Shown here: one piece after another, positions 43,600-59,300 of the stretch
Position numbering within the stretch: the first letter of the stretch is position 1
Layout of the letters: each line of letters begins with the position of its first letter
Source: Eledone cirrhosa
Lineage: Eukaryota
Reading direction: 5' to 3'
Assembly (NCBI GenBank): GCA_964016885.1
Contig: OZ024744.1
Coordinates: 14,942,001 to 15,006,000, forward strand
Length of the DNA: 64,000 nucleotides
Notes under the pieces: model-generated
Databases searched by the model: none
What the model saw: the letters and a program-made list of their open reading frames with translations, nothing else
Told to the model about the DNA's origin: nothing
Translations under genes and position numbers: made by a program

Positions 43600-46500
43600 C
43601 CAGCAATATGTAATGTATATTACTCCAGCAATATGTAATGTAGATTACACCAGCAATATGTAATGTATATTACTCCACCTATATGTAATGTAGATTACTG
43701 CAGCAATATGTAGTGTAGATTACTTCAGCAATATCTAATTTAGATTACTCCAGCAATATGTAATGTAGATTACTCCAGCAATATGTAATGTAGATTACTC
43801 CAGCAATATGTAATGCATATTACTCCAGCAATATGTAATGTAGATTACTCCAGAAATATGTAATGTAGATTAGTCCAGCAATATGTAATGTAGATTACTC
43901 CAGCAATATGTAATGTAGATTACTCCAGCAATATGTAATGTAGATTACTCCAGCAATATGTAATGTAGATTACTCCAGCAATATATAATGTATATTACTT
44001 CAGCAATATGTAATGAAGATTACTCCAGCAATATGTAATGCATATTACTCCAGCAATATGTAATGTAGATTACTCCAGAAATATGTAATGTAGATTAGTC
44101 CAGCAATATGTAATGTAGATTACTCCAGCAATATGTAATGTAGATTACTCCAGCAATATGTAATGTAGATTACTCCAGCAATATGTAATGTAGATTACTC
44201 CAGCAATATGTAATGTATATTACTTCAGCAATATGTAATGTAGATTACTCCACCAATATGTAATGTAGATTACTTCAGCAATAGATAATGTAGATTACTC
44301 CAGCAATATGTAATGTAGATTACTCCAGCAATATGTAATGTATATTACTCCAGCAACATGTAATGTAGATTACTCCCGCAATATCTAATGTATATTACTC
44401 CAGCAATATGTAATTTAGATTACTCCAGCAATATGTAATGTATATTACTCCAGCAATATGTAATGTAGATTACTTCAGCAATATGTAATGTATATTACTC
44501 CAGCAATATATAATGTAGATTACTCCAGCAATATGTAATGTAGATTACTCCAGCAATATGTAATGTATATTACTCCAGCAATATGTAATGTATATTACTT
44601 CAGCAATTTGTAATGTAGATTACTCCAGCAATATGTAATATATATTACTCCAGCAATATGTAATGTAGATTACTCCAGCAATATGTAGTGCATATTACTC
44701 CAGCAATATGTAATGTAGATTACTCCAGCAATATGTAATGTAGATTACTTCAGCAATATGTAATGTAGATTACTCCAGCAATATGTAATGTAGATCACTC
44801 CAGCAATATGTAATGTATATTACTCCAGCAATATGTAATATATATTACTCCAGCAATATGTAATGTAGATTACTCGAGCAATATGTAATGTATATTACTC
44901 CAGCAATATGTAATGTAGATTACTCCAGCAATATGTAATGTAGATTAATTCAGCAAAATGTAATGTAGATTACTCCAGCAATATGTAATGTAGATTACTC
45001 CAGCAATATGTAATGTATATTACTTCAGCAATATGTAATGTATATTACTCCAGCAATATGTAATGTATATTACTCCAGCAATATGTAATGTATATTACTC
45101 CAGCATTATGTAATGTAGATTACTTCAGCAATATGTAATGTATATTACTTCAGCAATATGTAATGTAGATTACTCCAGCAATATGTAATGTATATTACTC
45201 CAGCAATATGTAATGTAGATTACTCCAGCAATATGTAGTGCATATTACTCCAGCAATATGTAATGTAGATTACTCGAGCAATATGTAATGTATATTACTC
45301 CAGCAATATGTAATGTAGATTACTCCAGCAATATGTAATGTAGATTACTTCAGCAATATGTAATGTAGATTACTCCAGCAATATGTAATATAGATTATTC
45401 CAGCAATATGTAATGTAGATTACTCCAGCAATATGTAATGTAGATTACTCCAGCAATATGTAATGTAGATTACTCCAGCAATATGTAGTGTAGATTACTT
45501 CAGCAATATCTAATGTAGATTACTCCAGCAATATATAATGTAGATTACTTCAGCAATATGTAATGTATATTACTCCAGCAATATGTAATGTAGATTACTT
45601 CAGCAATATGTAATGTATATTACTCCAGCAATATGTATTGTAGATTACTTCAGCAATATGTAATGTATATTACTCCAGCAATATGTAATGTATATTACTC
45701 CAGCAATATGTAATGTAGATTACTCCAGCAATATGTAATGTATATTACTCCACCTATATGTAATGTAGATTACTGCAGCAATATGTAGTGTAGATTACTT
45801 CAGCAATATCTAATTTAGATTACTCCAGCAATATATAATGTAGATTACTCCAGCAATATGTAATGTAGATTACTCCAGCAATATGTAATGTAGATTACTC
45901 CAGCAATATGTAATGCATATTACTCCAGCAATATGTAATGTAGATTACTCCAGAAATATGTAATGTAGATTAGTCCAGCAATATGTAATGTAGATTACTC
46001 CAGCAATATGTAATGTAGATTACTCCAGCAATATGTAATGTAGATTACTCCAGCAATATGTAATGTAGATTACTCCAGCAATATGTAATGTATATTACTT
46101 CAGCAATATGTAATGTAGATTACTCCAGCAATATGTAATGTAGATTACTTCAGCAATAGATAATGTAGATTACTCCAGCAATATGTAATGTAGATTACTC
46201 CAGCAATATGTAATGTATATTACTCCAGCAACATGTAATGTAGATTACTCCCGCAATATCTAATGTATATTACTCCAGCAATATGTAATTTAGATTACTC
46301 CAGCAATATGTAATGTATATTACTCCAGCAATATGTAATGTAGATTACTTCAGCAATATGTAATGTATATTACTCCAGCAATATATAATGTAGATTACTC
46401 CAGCAATATGTAATGTAGATTACTCCAGCAATATGTAATGTATATTACTCCAGCAATATGTAATGTATATTACTTCAGCAATTTGTAATGTAGATTACTC

Positions 46501-49500
46501 CAGCAATATGTAATATATATTACTCCAGCAATATGTAATGTAGATTACTCCAGCAATATGTAGTGCATATTACTCCAGCAATATGTAATGTAGATTACTC
46601 CAGCAATATGTAATGTAGATTACTTCAGCAATATGTAATGTAGATTACTCCAGCAATATGTAATGTAGATCACTCCAGCAATATGTAATGTATATTACTC
46701 CAGCAATATGTAATATATATTACTCCAGCAATATGTAATGTAGATTACTCGAGCAATATGTAATGTATATTACTCCAGCAATATGTAATGTAGATTACTC
46801 CAGCAATATGTAATGTAGATTAATTCAGCAAAATGTAATGTAGATTACTCCAGCAATATGTAATGTAGATTACTCCAGCAATATGTAATGTATATTACTT
46901 CAGCAATATGTAATGTATATTACTCCAGCAATATGTAATGTATATTACTCCAGCAATATGTAATGTATATTACTCCAGCATTATGTAATGTAGATTACTT
47001 CAGCAATATGTAATGTATATTACTCCAGCAACATGTAATGTAGATTACTCCAGCAATATGTAATGTAGATTACTCCAGCAATATGTAATGTATATTACTT
47101 CAGCAATATGTAATGAAGATTACTCCAGCAATATGTAATGTAGATTACTTCAGCAATATGTAATGTAGATTACTCCAGCAATATGTAATGTATATTACTC
47201 CAGCAATATGTAATGTAGATTACTCCAGCAATATGTAGTGCATATTACTCCAGCAATATGTAATGTATATTACTCCAGCAATATGTAATTTAGATTACTC
47301 CAGCAATATGTAATGTATATTACTCCAGCAATATGTAATGTAGATTACTTCAGCAATATATAATGTATATTACTCCAGCAATATGTAATGTAGATTACTC
47401 CAGCAATATGTAATGTAGATTACTCCAGCAATATGTAATGTATATTACTCCAGCAATATGTAATGTAGATTACTCCAGCAATATGTAGTGCATATTACTC
47501 CAGCAATATGTAATGTAGATTACTCCAGCAATATGTAATGTAGATTACTTCAGCAATATGTAATGTAGATTACTCCAGCAATATGTAATGTAGATTACTT
47601 CAGCAATATGTAATGTAGATTACTCCAGCAATATGTAATGTATATTACTCCAGCAATATGTAATGTAGATTACTCCAGCAATATGTAGTGCATATTACTC
47701 CAGCAATATGTAATGTATATTACTCCAGCAATATGTAATTTAGATTACTCCAGCAATATGTAATGTAGATTACTCCAGCAATATGTAATGTAGATTAATT
47801 CAGCAAAATGTAATGTAGATTACTCCAGCAATATGTAATGTAGATTACTCCAGCAATATGTAATGTATATTACTTCAGCAATATGTAATGTATATTACTC
47901 CAGCAATATGTAATGTATATTACTCCAGCAATATGTAATGTATATTACTCCAGCATTATGTAATGTAGATTACTCCAGCAATATGTAATGTAGATTACTC
48001 CAGCAATATGTAATGTAGATTACTCCAGCAATATGTAATGTAGATTACTTCAGCAATATGTAATGTATATTACTCCAGCAACATGTAATGTAGATTACTC
48101 CAGCAATATGTAATGTAGATTACTCCAGCAATATGTAATGTATATTACTTCAGCAATATGTAATGTAGATTACTCCAGCAATATGTAATGTAGATTACTT
48201 CAGCAATATGTAATGTAGATTACTCCAGCAATATGTAATGTATATTACTCCAGCAATATGTAATGTAGATTACTCCAGCAATATGTAGTGCATATTACTC
48301 CAGCAATATGTAATGTATATTACTCCAGCAATATGTAATTTAGATTACTCCAGCAATATGTAATGTATATTACTCCAGCAATATGTAATGTAGATTACTT
48401 CAGCAATATATAATGTATATTACTCCAGCAATATGTAATGTATATTACTCCAGCAATATGTAATGTATATTACTCCAGCAATATGTAATGTATATTACTC
48501 CAGCAATATGTAATGTAGATTAATTCAGCAAAATGTAATGTAGATTACTCCAGCAATATGTAATGTAGATTACTCCAGCAATATGTAATGTATATTACTT
48601 CAGCAATATGTAATGTATATTACTCCAGCAATATGTAATGTATATTACTCCAGCAATATGTAATGTATATTACTCCAGCATTATGTAATGTAGATTACTT
48701 CAGCAATATGTAATGTATATTACTCCAGCAACATGTAATGTAGATTACTCCAGCAATATGTAATGTAGATTACTCCAGTAATATGTAATGTATATTACTT
48801 CAGCAATATGTAATGAAGATTACTCCAGCAATATGTAATGTAGATTACTTCAGCAATATGTAATGTAGATTACTCCAGCAATATGTAATGTATATTACTC
48901 CAGCAATATGTAATGTAGATTACTCCAGCAATATGTAGTGCATATTACTCCAGCAATATGTAATGTATATTACTCCAGCAATATGTAATTTAGATTACTC
49001 CAGCAATATGTAATGTATATTACTCCAGCAATATGTAATGTAGATTACTCCAGCAATATGTAATGTATATTACTTCAGCAATATGTAATGTATATTACTC
49101 CAGCAATATGTAATGTATATTACTCCAGCAATATGTAATGTATATTACTCCAGCATTATGTAATGTAGATTACTTCAGCAATATGTAATGTATATTACTC
49201 CAGCAACATGTAATGTAGATTACTCCAGCAATATGTAATGTAGATTACTCCAGCAATATGTAATGTATATTACTTCAGCAATATGTAATGAAGATTACTC
49301 CAGCAATATGTAATGTAGATTACTTCAGCAATATGTAATGTAGATTACTCCAGCAATATGTAATGTATATTACTCCAGCAATATGTAATGTAGATTACTC
49401 CAGCAATATGTAGTGCATATTACTCCAGCAATATGTAATGTATATTACTCCAGCAATATGTAATTTAGATTACTCCAGCAATATGTAATGTATATTACTC

Positions 49501-52500
49501 CAGCAATATGTAATGTAGATTACTTCAGCAATATATAATGTATATTACTCCAGCAATATGTAATGTAGATTACTCCAGCAATATGTAATGTAGATTACTC
49601 CAGCAATATGTAATGTATATTACTCCAGCAATATGTAATGTAGATTACTCCAGCAATATGTAGTGCATATTACTCCAGCAATATGTAATGTAGATTACTC
49701 CAGCAATATGTAATGTAGATTACTTCAGCAATATGTAATGTAGATTACTCCAGCAATATGTAATGTAGATTACTTCAGCAATATGTAATGTAGATTACTC
49801 CAGCAATATGTAATGTATATTACTCCAGCAATATGTAATGTAGATTACTCCAGCAATATGTAGTGCATATTACTCCAGCAATATGTAATGTATATTACTC
49901 CAGCAATATGTAATTTAGATTACTCCAGCAATATGTAATGTAGATTACTCCAGCAATATGTAATGTAGATTAATTCAGCAAAATGTAATGTAGATTACTC
50001 CAGCAATATGTAATGTAGATTACTCCAGCAATATGTAATGTATATTACTTCAGCAATATGTAATGTATATTACTCCAGCAATATGTAATGTATATTACTC
50101 CAGCAATATGTAATGTATATTACTCCAGCATTATGTAATGTAGATTACTTCAGCAATATGTAATGTATATTACTCCAGCAACATGTAATGTAGATTACTC
50201 CAGCAATATGTAATGTAGATTACTCCAGCAATATGTAATGTATATTACTTCAGCAATATGTAATGAAGATTACTCCAGCAATATGTAATGTAGATTACTT
50301 CAGCAATATGTAATGTAGATTACTCCAGCAATATGTAATGTATATTACTCCAGCAATATGTAATGTAGATTACTCCAGCAATATGTAGTGCATATTACTC
50401 CAGCAATATGTAATGTATATTACTCCAGCAATATGTAATTTAGATTACTCCAGCAATATGTAATGTATATTACTCCAGCAATATGTAATGTAGATTACTT
50501 CAGCAATATATAATGTATATTACTCCAGCAATATGTAATGTAGATTACTCCAGCAATATGTAATGTAGATTACTCCAGCAATATGTAATGTATATTACTC
50601 CAGCAATATGTAATGTAGATTACTCCAGCAATATGTAGTGCATATTACTCCAGCAATATGTAATGTAGATTACTCCAGCAATATGTAATGTAGATTACTT
50701 CAGCAATATGTAATGTAGATTACTCCAGCAATATGTAATGTAGATTACTTCAGCAATATGTAATGTAGATTACTCCAGCAATATGTAATGTATATTACTC
50801 CAGCAATATGTAATGTAGATTACTCCAGCAATATGTAGTGCATATTACTCCAGCAATATGTAATGTATATTACTCCAGCAATATGTAATTTAGATTACTC
50901 CAGCAATATGTAATGTAGATTACTCCAGCAATATGTAATGTAGATTAATTCAGCAAAATGTAATGTAGATTACTCCAGCAATATGTAATGTAGATTACTC
51001 CAGCAATATGTAATGTATATTACTTCAGCAATATGTAATGTATATTACTCCAGCAATATGTAATGTATATTACTCCAGCAATATGTAATGTATATTACTC
51101 CAGCATTATGTAATGTAGATTACTCCAGCAATATGTAATGTAGATTACTCCAGCAATATGTAATGTAGATTACTCCAGCAATATGTAATGTAGATTACTT
51201 CAGCAATATGTAATGTATATTACTCCAGCAACATGTAATGTAGATTACTCCAGCAATATGTAATGTAGATTACTCCAGCAATATGTAATGTATATTACTT
51301 CAGCAATATGTAATGTAGATTACTCCAGCAATATGTAATGTAGATTACTTCAGCAATATGTAATGTAGATTACTCCAGCAATATGTAATGTATATTACTC
51401 CAGCAATATGTAATGTAGATTACTCCAGCAATATGTAGTGCATATTACTCCAGCAATATGTAATGTATATTACTCCAGCAATATGTAATTTAGATTACTC
51501 CAGCAATATGTAATGTATATTACTCCAGCAATATGTAATGTAGATTACTTCAGCAATATATAATGTATATTACTCCAGCAATATGTAATGTATATTACTC
51601 CAGCAATATGTAATGTATATTACTCCAGCAATATGTAATGTATATTACTCCAGCAATATGTAATGTATATTACTCCAGTAATATGTAATGTAGATTACTC
51701 CAGCAATATGTAATGTAGATTACTCCAGCAATATGTAATGTAGATTACTCCAGCAATATGTAATGTATATTACTCCAGCAATATGTAATGTGTATTACTC
51801 CAGCAATATGTAATGTATATTACTCCAGCAATATGTAATGTAGATTACTTCAGCAATATGTAATGTAGATTACTCAAGCAATATGTAATGTAGATTACTT
51901 AGGCAATATGTAATGTATATTACTTCAGCAATATGTAATGTAGATTACTCTAGCAACATGTAATGTAGATTACTTCAGCAATATGTAATGTATATTACTT
52001 CAGCAATATGTAATGTAGATTACTCCAGCAATATGTTATGCATATTACTCCAGCAATATGTAATGTAGATTACTCCAGCAATATGTAGTGCATATTACTC
52101 CAGCAATATGTAATGTATATTACTCCAGCAATATGTAATTTAGATTACTCCAGCAATATGTAATGTATATTACTCCAGCAACATGTAATGTAGATTACTT
52201 CAGCAATATGTAATGTATATTACTCCAGCAATATGTAATGTAGATTACTCCAGCAATATGTAATGTAGATTACTCCAGCAATATGTAGTGTAGATTACTT
52301 CAGCAATATGTAATGTATATTACTCCAGCAATATGTAATGTATATTACTCCAGCAATATGTAATGTAGATTACACCAGCAATATGTAATGTATATTACTC
52401 CACCTATATGTAATGTAGATTACTGCAGCAATATGTAGTGTAGATTACTTCAGCAATATCTAATTTAGATTACTCCAGCAATATGTAATGTAGATTACTC

Positions 52501-55500
52501 CAGCAATATGTAATGTAGATTACTCCAGCAATATGTAATGTAGATTACTCCAGCAATATGTAATGCATATTACTCCAGCAATATGTAATGTAGATTACTC
52601 CAGAAATATATAATGTAGATTAGTCCAGCAATATGTAATGTAGATTACTCCAGCAATATGTAATGTAGATTACTCCAGCAATATGTAATGTAGATTACTC
52701 CAGCAATATGTAATGTAGATTACTCCAGCAATATGTAATGTATATTACTTCAGCAATATGTAATGAAGATTACTCCAGCAATATGTAATGCATATTACTC
52801 CAGCAATATGTAATGTAGATTACTCCAGAAATATGTAATGTAGATTAGTCCAGCAATATGTAATGTAGATTACTCCAGCAATATGTAATGTAGATTACTC
52901 CAGCAATATGTAATGTAGATTACTCCAGCAATATGTAATGTATATTACTTCAGCAATATGTAATGTAGATTACTCCACCAATATGTAATGTAGATTACTT
53001 CAGCAATAGATAATGTAGATTACTCCAGCAATATGTAATGTAGATTACTCCAGCAATATGTAATGTATATTACTCCAGCAACATGTAATGTAGATTACTC
53101 CCGCAATATCTAATGTATATTACTCCAGCAATATGTAATTTAGATTACTCCAGCAATATGTAATGTATATTACTCCAGCAACATGTAATGTAGATTACTT
53201 CAGCAATATGTAATGTATATTACTCCAGCAATATATAATGTAGATTACTCCAGCAATATGTAATGTAGATTACTCCAGCAATATGTAATGTATATTACTC
53301 CAGCAATATGTAATGTATATTACTTCAGCAATTTGTAATGTAGATTACTCCAGCAATATGTAATATATATTACTCCAGCAATATGTAATGTAGATTACTC
53401 CAGCAATATGTAGTGCATATTACTCCAGCAATATGTAATGTAGATTACTCCAGCAATATGTAATGTAGATTACTTCAGCAATATGTAATGTAGATTACTC
53501 CAGCAATATGTAATGTAGATCACTCCAGCAATATGTAATGTATATTACTCCAGCAATATGTAATATATATTACTCCAGCAATATGTAATGTAGATTACTC
53601 GAGCAATATGTAATGTATATTACTCCAGCAATATGTAATGTAGATTACTCCAGCAATATGTAATGTAGATTAATTCAGCAAAATGTAATGTAGATTACTC
53701 CAGCAATATGTAATGTAGATTACTCCAGCAATATGTAATGTATATTACTTCAGCAATATGTAATGTATATTACTCCAGCAATATGTAATGTATATTACTC
53801 CAGCAATATGTAATGTATATTACTCCAGCATTATGTAATGTAGATTACTTCAGCAATATGTAATGTATATTACTTCAGCAATATGTAATGTAGATTACTC
53901 CAGCAATATGTAATGTATATTACTCCAGCAATATGTAATGTAGATTACTCCAGCAATATGTAGTGCATATTACTACAGCAATATGTAATGTAGATTACTC
54001 GAGCAATATGTAATGTATATTACTCCAGCAATATGTAATGTAGATTACTCCAGCAATATGTAATGTAGATTACTTCAGCAATATGTAATGTAGATTACTC
54101 CAGCAATATGTAATATAGATTATTCCAGCAATATGTAATGTAGATTACTCCAGCAATATGTAATGTAGATTACTCCAGCAATATGTAATGTAGATTACTC
54201 CAGCAATATGTAGTGTAGATTACTTCAGCAATATCTAATGTAGATTACTCCAGCAATATATAATGTAGATTACTTCAGCAATATGTAATGTATATTACTC
54301 CAGCAATATGTAATGTAGATTACTTCAGCAATATGTAATGTATATTACTCCAGCAATATGTATTGTAGATTACTTCAGCAATATGTAATGTATATTACTC
54401 CAGCAATATGTAATGTATATTACTCCAGCAATATGTAATGTAGATTACTCCAGCAATATGTAATGTATATTACTCCACCTATATGTAATGTAGATTACTG
54501 CAGCAATATGTAGTGTAGATTACTTCAGCAATATCTAATTTAGATTACTCCAGCAATATATAATGTAGATTACTCCAGCAATATGTAATGTAGATTACTC
54601 CAGCAATATGTAATGTAGATTACTCCAGCAATATGTAATGCATATTACTCCAGCAATATGTAATGTAGATTACTCCAGAAATATGTAATGTAGATTAGTC
54701 CAGCAATATGTAATGTAGATTACTCCAGCAATATGTAATGTAGATTACTCCAGCAATATGTAATGTAGATTACTCCAGCAATATGTAATGTAGATTACTC
54801 CAGCAATATGTAATGTATATTACTTCAGCAATATGTAATGTAGATTACTCCAGCAATATGTAATGTAGATTACTTCAGCAATAGATAATGTAGATTACTC
54901 CAGCAATATGTAATGTAGATTACTCCAGCAATATGTAATGTATATTACTCCAGCAACATGTAATGTAGATTACTCCCGCAATATCTAATGTATATTACTC
55001 CAGCAATATGTAATTTAGATTACTCCAGCAATATGTAATGTATATTACTCCAGCAATATGTAATGTAGATTACTTCAGCAATATGTAATGTATATTACTC
55101 CAGCAATATATAATGTAGATTACTCCAGCAATATGTAATGTAGATTACTCCAGCAATATGTAATGTATATTACTCCAGCAATATGTAATGTATATTACTT
55201 CAGCAATTTGTAATGTAGATTACTCCAGCAATATGTAATATATATTATTCCAGCAATATGTAATGTAGATTACTCCAGCAATATGTAGTGCATATTACTC
55301 CAGCAATATGTAATGTAGATTACTCCAGCAATATGTAATGTAGATTACTTCAGCAATATGTAATGTAGATTACTCCAGCAATATGTAATGTAGATCACTC
55401 CAGCAATATGTAATGTATATTACTCCAGCAATATGTAATATATATTACTCCAGCAATATGTAATGTAGATTACTCGAGCAATATGTAATGTATATTACTC

Positions 55501-56300
55501 CAGCAATATGTAATGTAGATTACTCCAGCAATATGTAATGTAGATTAATTCAGCAAAATGTAATGTAGATTACTCCAGCAATATGTAATGTAGATTACTC
55601 CAGCAATATGTAATGTATATTACTTCAGCAATATGTAATGTATATTACTCCAGCAATATGTAATGTATATTACTCCAGCAATATGTAATGTATATTACTC
55701 CAGCATTATGTAATGTAGATTACTTCAGCAATATGTAATGTATATTACTCCAGCAACATGTAATGTAGATTACTCCAGCAATATGTAATGTAGATTACTC
55801 CAGCAATATGTAATGTATATTACTTCAGCAATATGTAATGAAGATTACTCCAGCAATATGTAATGTAGATTACTTCAGCAATATGTAATGTAGATTACTC
55901 CAGCAATATGTAATGTATATTACTCCAGCAATATGTAATGTAGATTACTCCAGCAATATGTTGTGCATATTACTCCAGCAATATGTAATGTATATTACTC
56001 CAGCAATATGTAATTTAGATTACTCCAGCAATATGTAATGTATATTACTCCAGCAATATGTAATGTAGATTACTTCAGCAATATATAATGTATATTACTC
56101 CAGCAATATGTAATGTAGATTACTCCAGCAATATGTAATGTAGATTACTCCAGCAATATGTAATGTATATTACTCCAGCAATATGTAATGTAGATTACTC
56201 CAGCAATATGTAGTGCATATTACTCCAGCAATATGTAATGTAGATTACTCCAGCAATATGTAATGTAGATTACTTCAGCAATATGTAATATAGATTACTC
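43600..56300. repeat. Long-range duplication with offset 8725 bp (349 monomers; about 43.6-47.5 kb repeated at about 52.3-56.3 kb)
   Basis: CCACCT 43675/52400 and 45750/54475, rare CACCAATATG 44251/52976, and TACTCCCGC 44371/53096 and 46246/54971, all 8725 apart. Confidence 0.82.
46800..51650. repeat. Subdomain built from a 975-bp (39-monomer) unit and fragments of it, lacking the CCACCT/CTGCAG core
   Basis: CAGCATTATG at 46976, 47951, 48676, 49151, 50126 and 51101 (spacings 975, 725, 475, 975, 975). I saw no CCACCT or CTGCAG between about 45800 and 52400. Confidence 0.8.
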
Positions 56301-59300
56301 CAGCAATATGTAATGTAGATCACTCCAGTAATATGTAATGTAGATTACTCCAGCAATATGTAATGTAGATTACTCCAGCAATATGTAATGTAGATTACTC
56401 CAGCAATATGTAATGTATATTACTCCAGCAATATGTAATGTGTATTACTCCAGCAATATGTAATGTATATTACTCCAGCAATATGTAATGTAGATTACTT
56501 CAGCAATATGTAATGTAGATTACTCAAGCAATATGTAATGTAGATTACTTAGGCAATATGTAATGTATATTACTTCAGCAATATGTAATGTAGATTACTC
56601 TAGCAACATGTAATGTAGATTACTTCAGCAATATGTAATGTATATTACTTCAGCAATATGTAATGTAGATTACTCCAGCAATATGTTATGCATATTACTC
56701 CAGCAATATGTAATGTAGATTACTCCAGCAATATGTAGTGCATATTACTCCAGCAATATGTAATGTATATTACTCCAGCAATATGTAATTTAGATTACTC
56801 CAGCAATATGTAATGTATATTACTCCAGCAACATGTAATGTAGATTACTTCAGCAATATGTAATGTATATTACTCCAGCAATATGTAATGTAGATTACTC
56901 CAGCAATATGTAATGTAGATTACTCCAGCAATATGTAGTGTAGATTACTTCAGCAATATGTAATGTATATTACTCCAGCAATATGTAATGTAGATTACTT
57001 CAGCAATATGTAATGTATATTACTCCAGCAATATGTATTGTAGATTACTTCAGCAATATGTAATGTATATTACTCCAGCAATATGTAATGTATATTACTC
57101 CAGCAATATGTAATGTAGATTACACCAGCAATATGTAATGTATATTACTCCACCTATATGTAATGTAGATTACTGCAGCAATATGTAGTGTAGATTACTT
57201 CAGCAATATCTAATTTAGATTACTCCAGCAATATGTAATGTAGATTACTCCAGCAATATGTAATGTAGATTACTCCAGCAATATGTAATGTAGATTACTC
57301 CAGCAATATGTAATGCATATTACTCCAGCAATATGTAATGTAGATTACTCCAGAAATATGTAATGTAGATTAGTCCAGCAATATGTAATGTAGATTACTC
57401 CAGCAATATGTAATGTAGATTACTCCAGCAATATGTAATGTAGATTACTCCAGCAATATGTAATGTAGATTACTCCAGCAATATGTAATGTATATTACTT
57501 CAGCAATATGTAATGAAGATTACTCCAGCAATATGTAATGTAGATTACTTCAGCAATAGATAATGTAGATTACTCCAGCAATATGTAATGTAGATTACTC
57601 CAGCAATATGTAATGTATATTACTCCAGCAACATGTAATGTAGATTACTCCCGCAATATCTAGTGTATATTACTCCAGCAATATGTAATTTAGATTACTC
57701 CAGCAATATGTAATGTATATTACTCCAGCAATATGTAATGTAGATTACTTCAGCAATATGTAATGTATATTACTCCAGCAATATATAATGTAGATTACTC
57801 CAGCAATATGTAATGTAGATTACTCCAGCAATATGTAATGTATATTACTCCAGCAATATGTAATGTATATTACTTCAGCAATTTGTAATGTAGATTACTC
57901 CAGCAATATGTAATGTATATTACTCCAGCAATATGTAATGTATATTACTCCAGCAATATGTAATGTAGATTACTCCAGCAATATCTAATGTATATTACTT
58001 CAGCAATATGTAATGTAGATTACTCCAGCAATATGTAATGTAGATTACTCCAGCAATATGTAATGTAGATTACTCCAGCAATATGTAATGTAGATTACTC
58101 CAGCAATATGTAATGTATATTACTTCAGCAATATGTAATGTAGATTACTCCAGCAATATGTAATGTAGATTACTTCAGCAATAGATAATGTAGATTACTC
58201 CAGCAATATGTAATGTAGATTACTCCAGCAATATGTAATGTAGATTACTCCAGCAATATGTAATGTATATTACTTCAGCAATATGTAGTGCATATTACTC
58301 CAGCAATATGTAATGTATATTACTCCAGCAATATGTAATTTAGATTACTCCAGCAATATGTAATGTATATTACTCCAGCAATATGTAGTGTAGATTACTT
58401 CAGCAATATGTAATGTATATTACTCCAGCAATATATGATGGAGATTACTCCAGCAATATGTAATGTAGATTACTCCAGCAATATGTAATGTATATTACTA
58501 CAGCAATATGTAATGTAGATTACTTCAGCAATATGTAATGTAGATTACTCCAGCAATATGTAATGTATATTACTTCAGCAATATGTAATGTAGATTACTC
58601 CAGCAATATGTAATGTATATTACTCCAGCAATATGTAATGTAGATTACTCCAGCAATATGTAGTGCATATTACTCCAGCAATATGTAATGTAGATTACTC
58701 GAGCAATATGTAATGTATATTACTCCAGCAATATGTAATGTAGATTACTCCAGCAATATGTAATGTAGATTACTTCAGCAATATGTAATGTAGATTACTC
58801 CAGCAATATGTAATATAGATTATTCCAGCAATATGTAATGTAGATTACTCCAGCAATATGTAATGTAGATTACTGCAGCAATATGTAATGTAGATTACTC
58901 CAGCAATATGTAGTGTAGATTACTTCAGCAATATCTAATGTAGATTACTCCAGCAATATATAATGTAGATTACTTCAGCAATATGTAATGTATATTATTC
59001 CAGCAATATGTAATGTAGATTACTTCAGCAATATGTAATGTATATTACTCCAGCAATATGTATTGTAGATTACTTCAGCAATATGTAATGTATATTACTC
59101 CAGCAATATGTAATGTATATTACTCCAGCAATATGTAATGTAGATTACTCCAGCAATATGTAATGTATATTACTCCACCTATATGTAATGTAGATTACTG
59201 CAGCAATATGTAGTGTAGATTACTTCAGCAATATCTAATTTAGATTACTCTAGCAATATGTAATGTAGATTACTCCAGCAATATGTAATGTATATTACTC

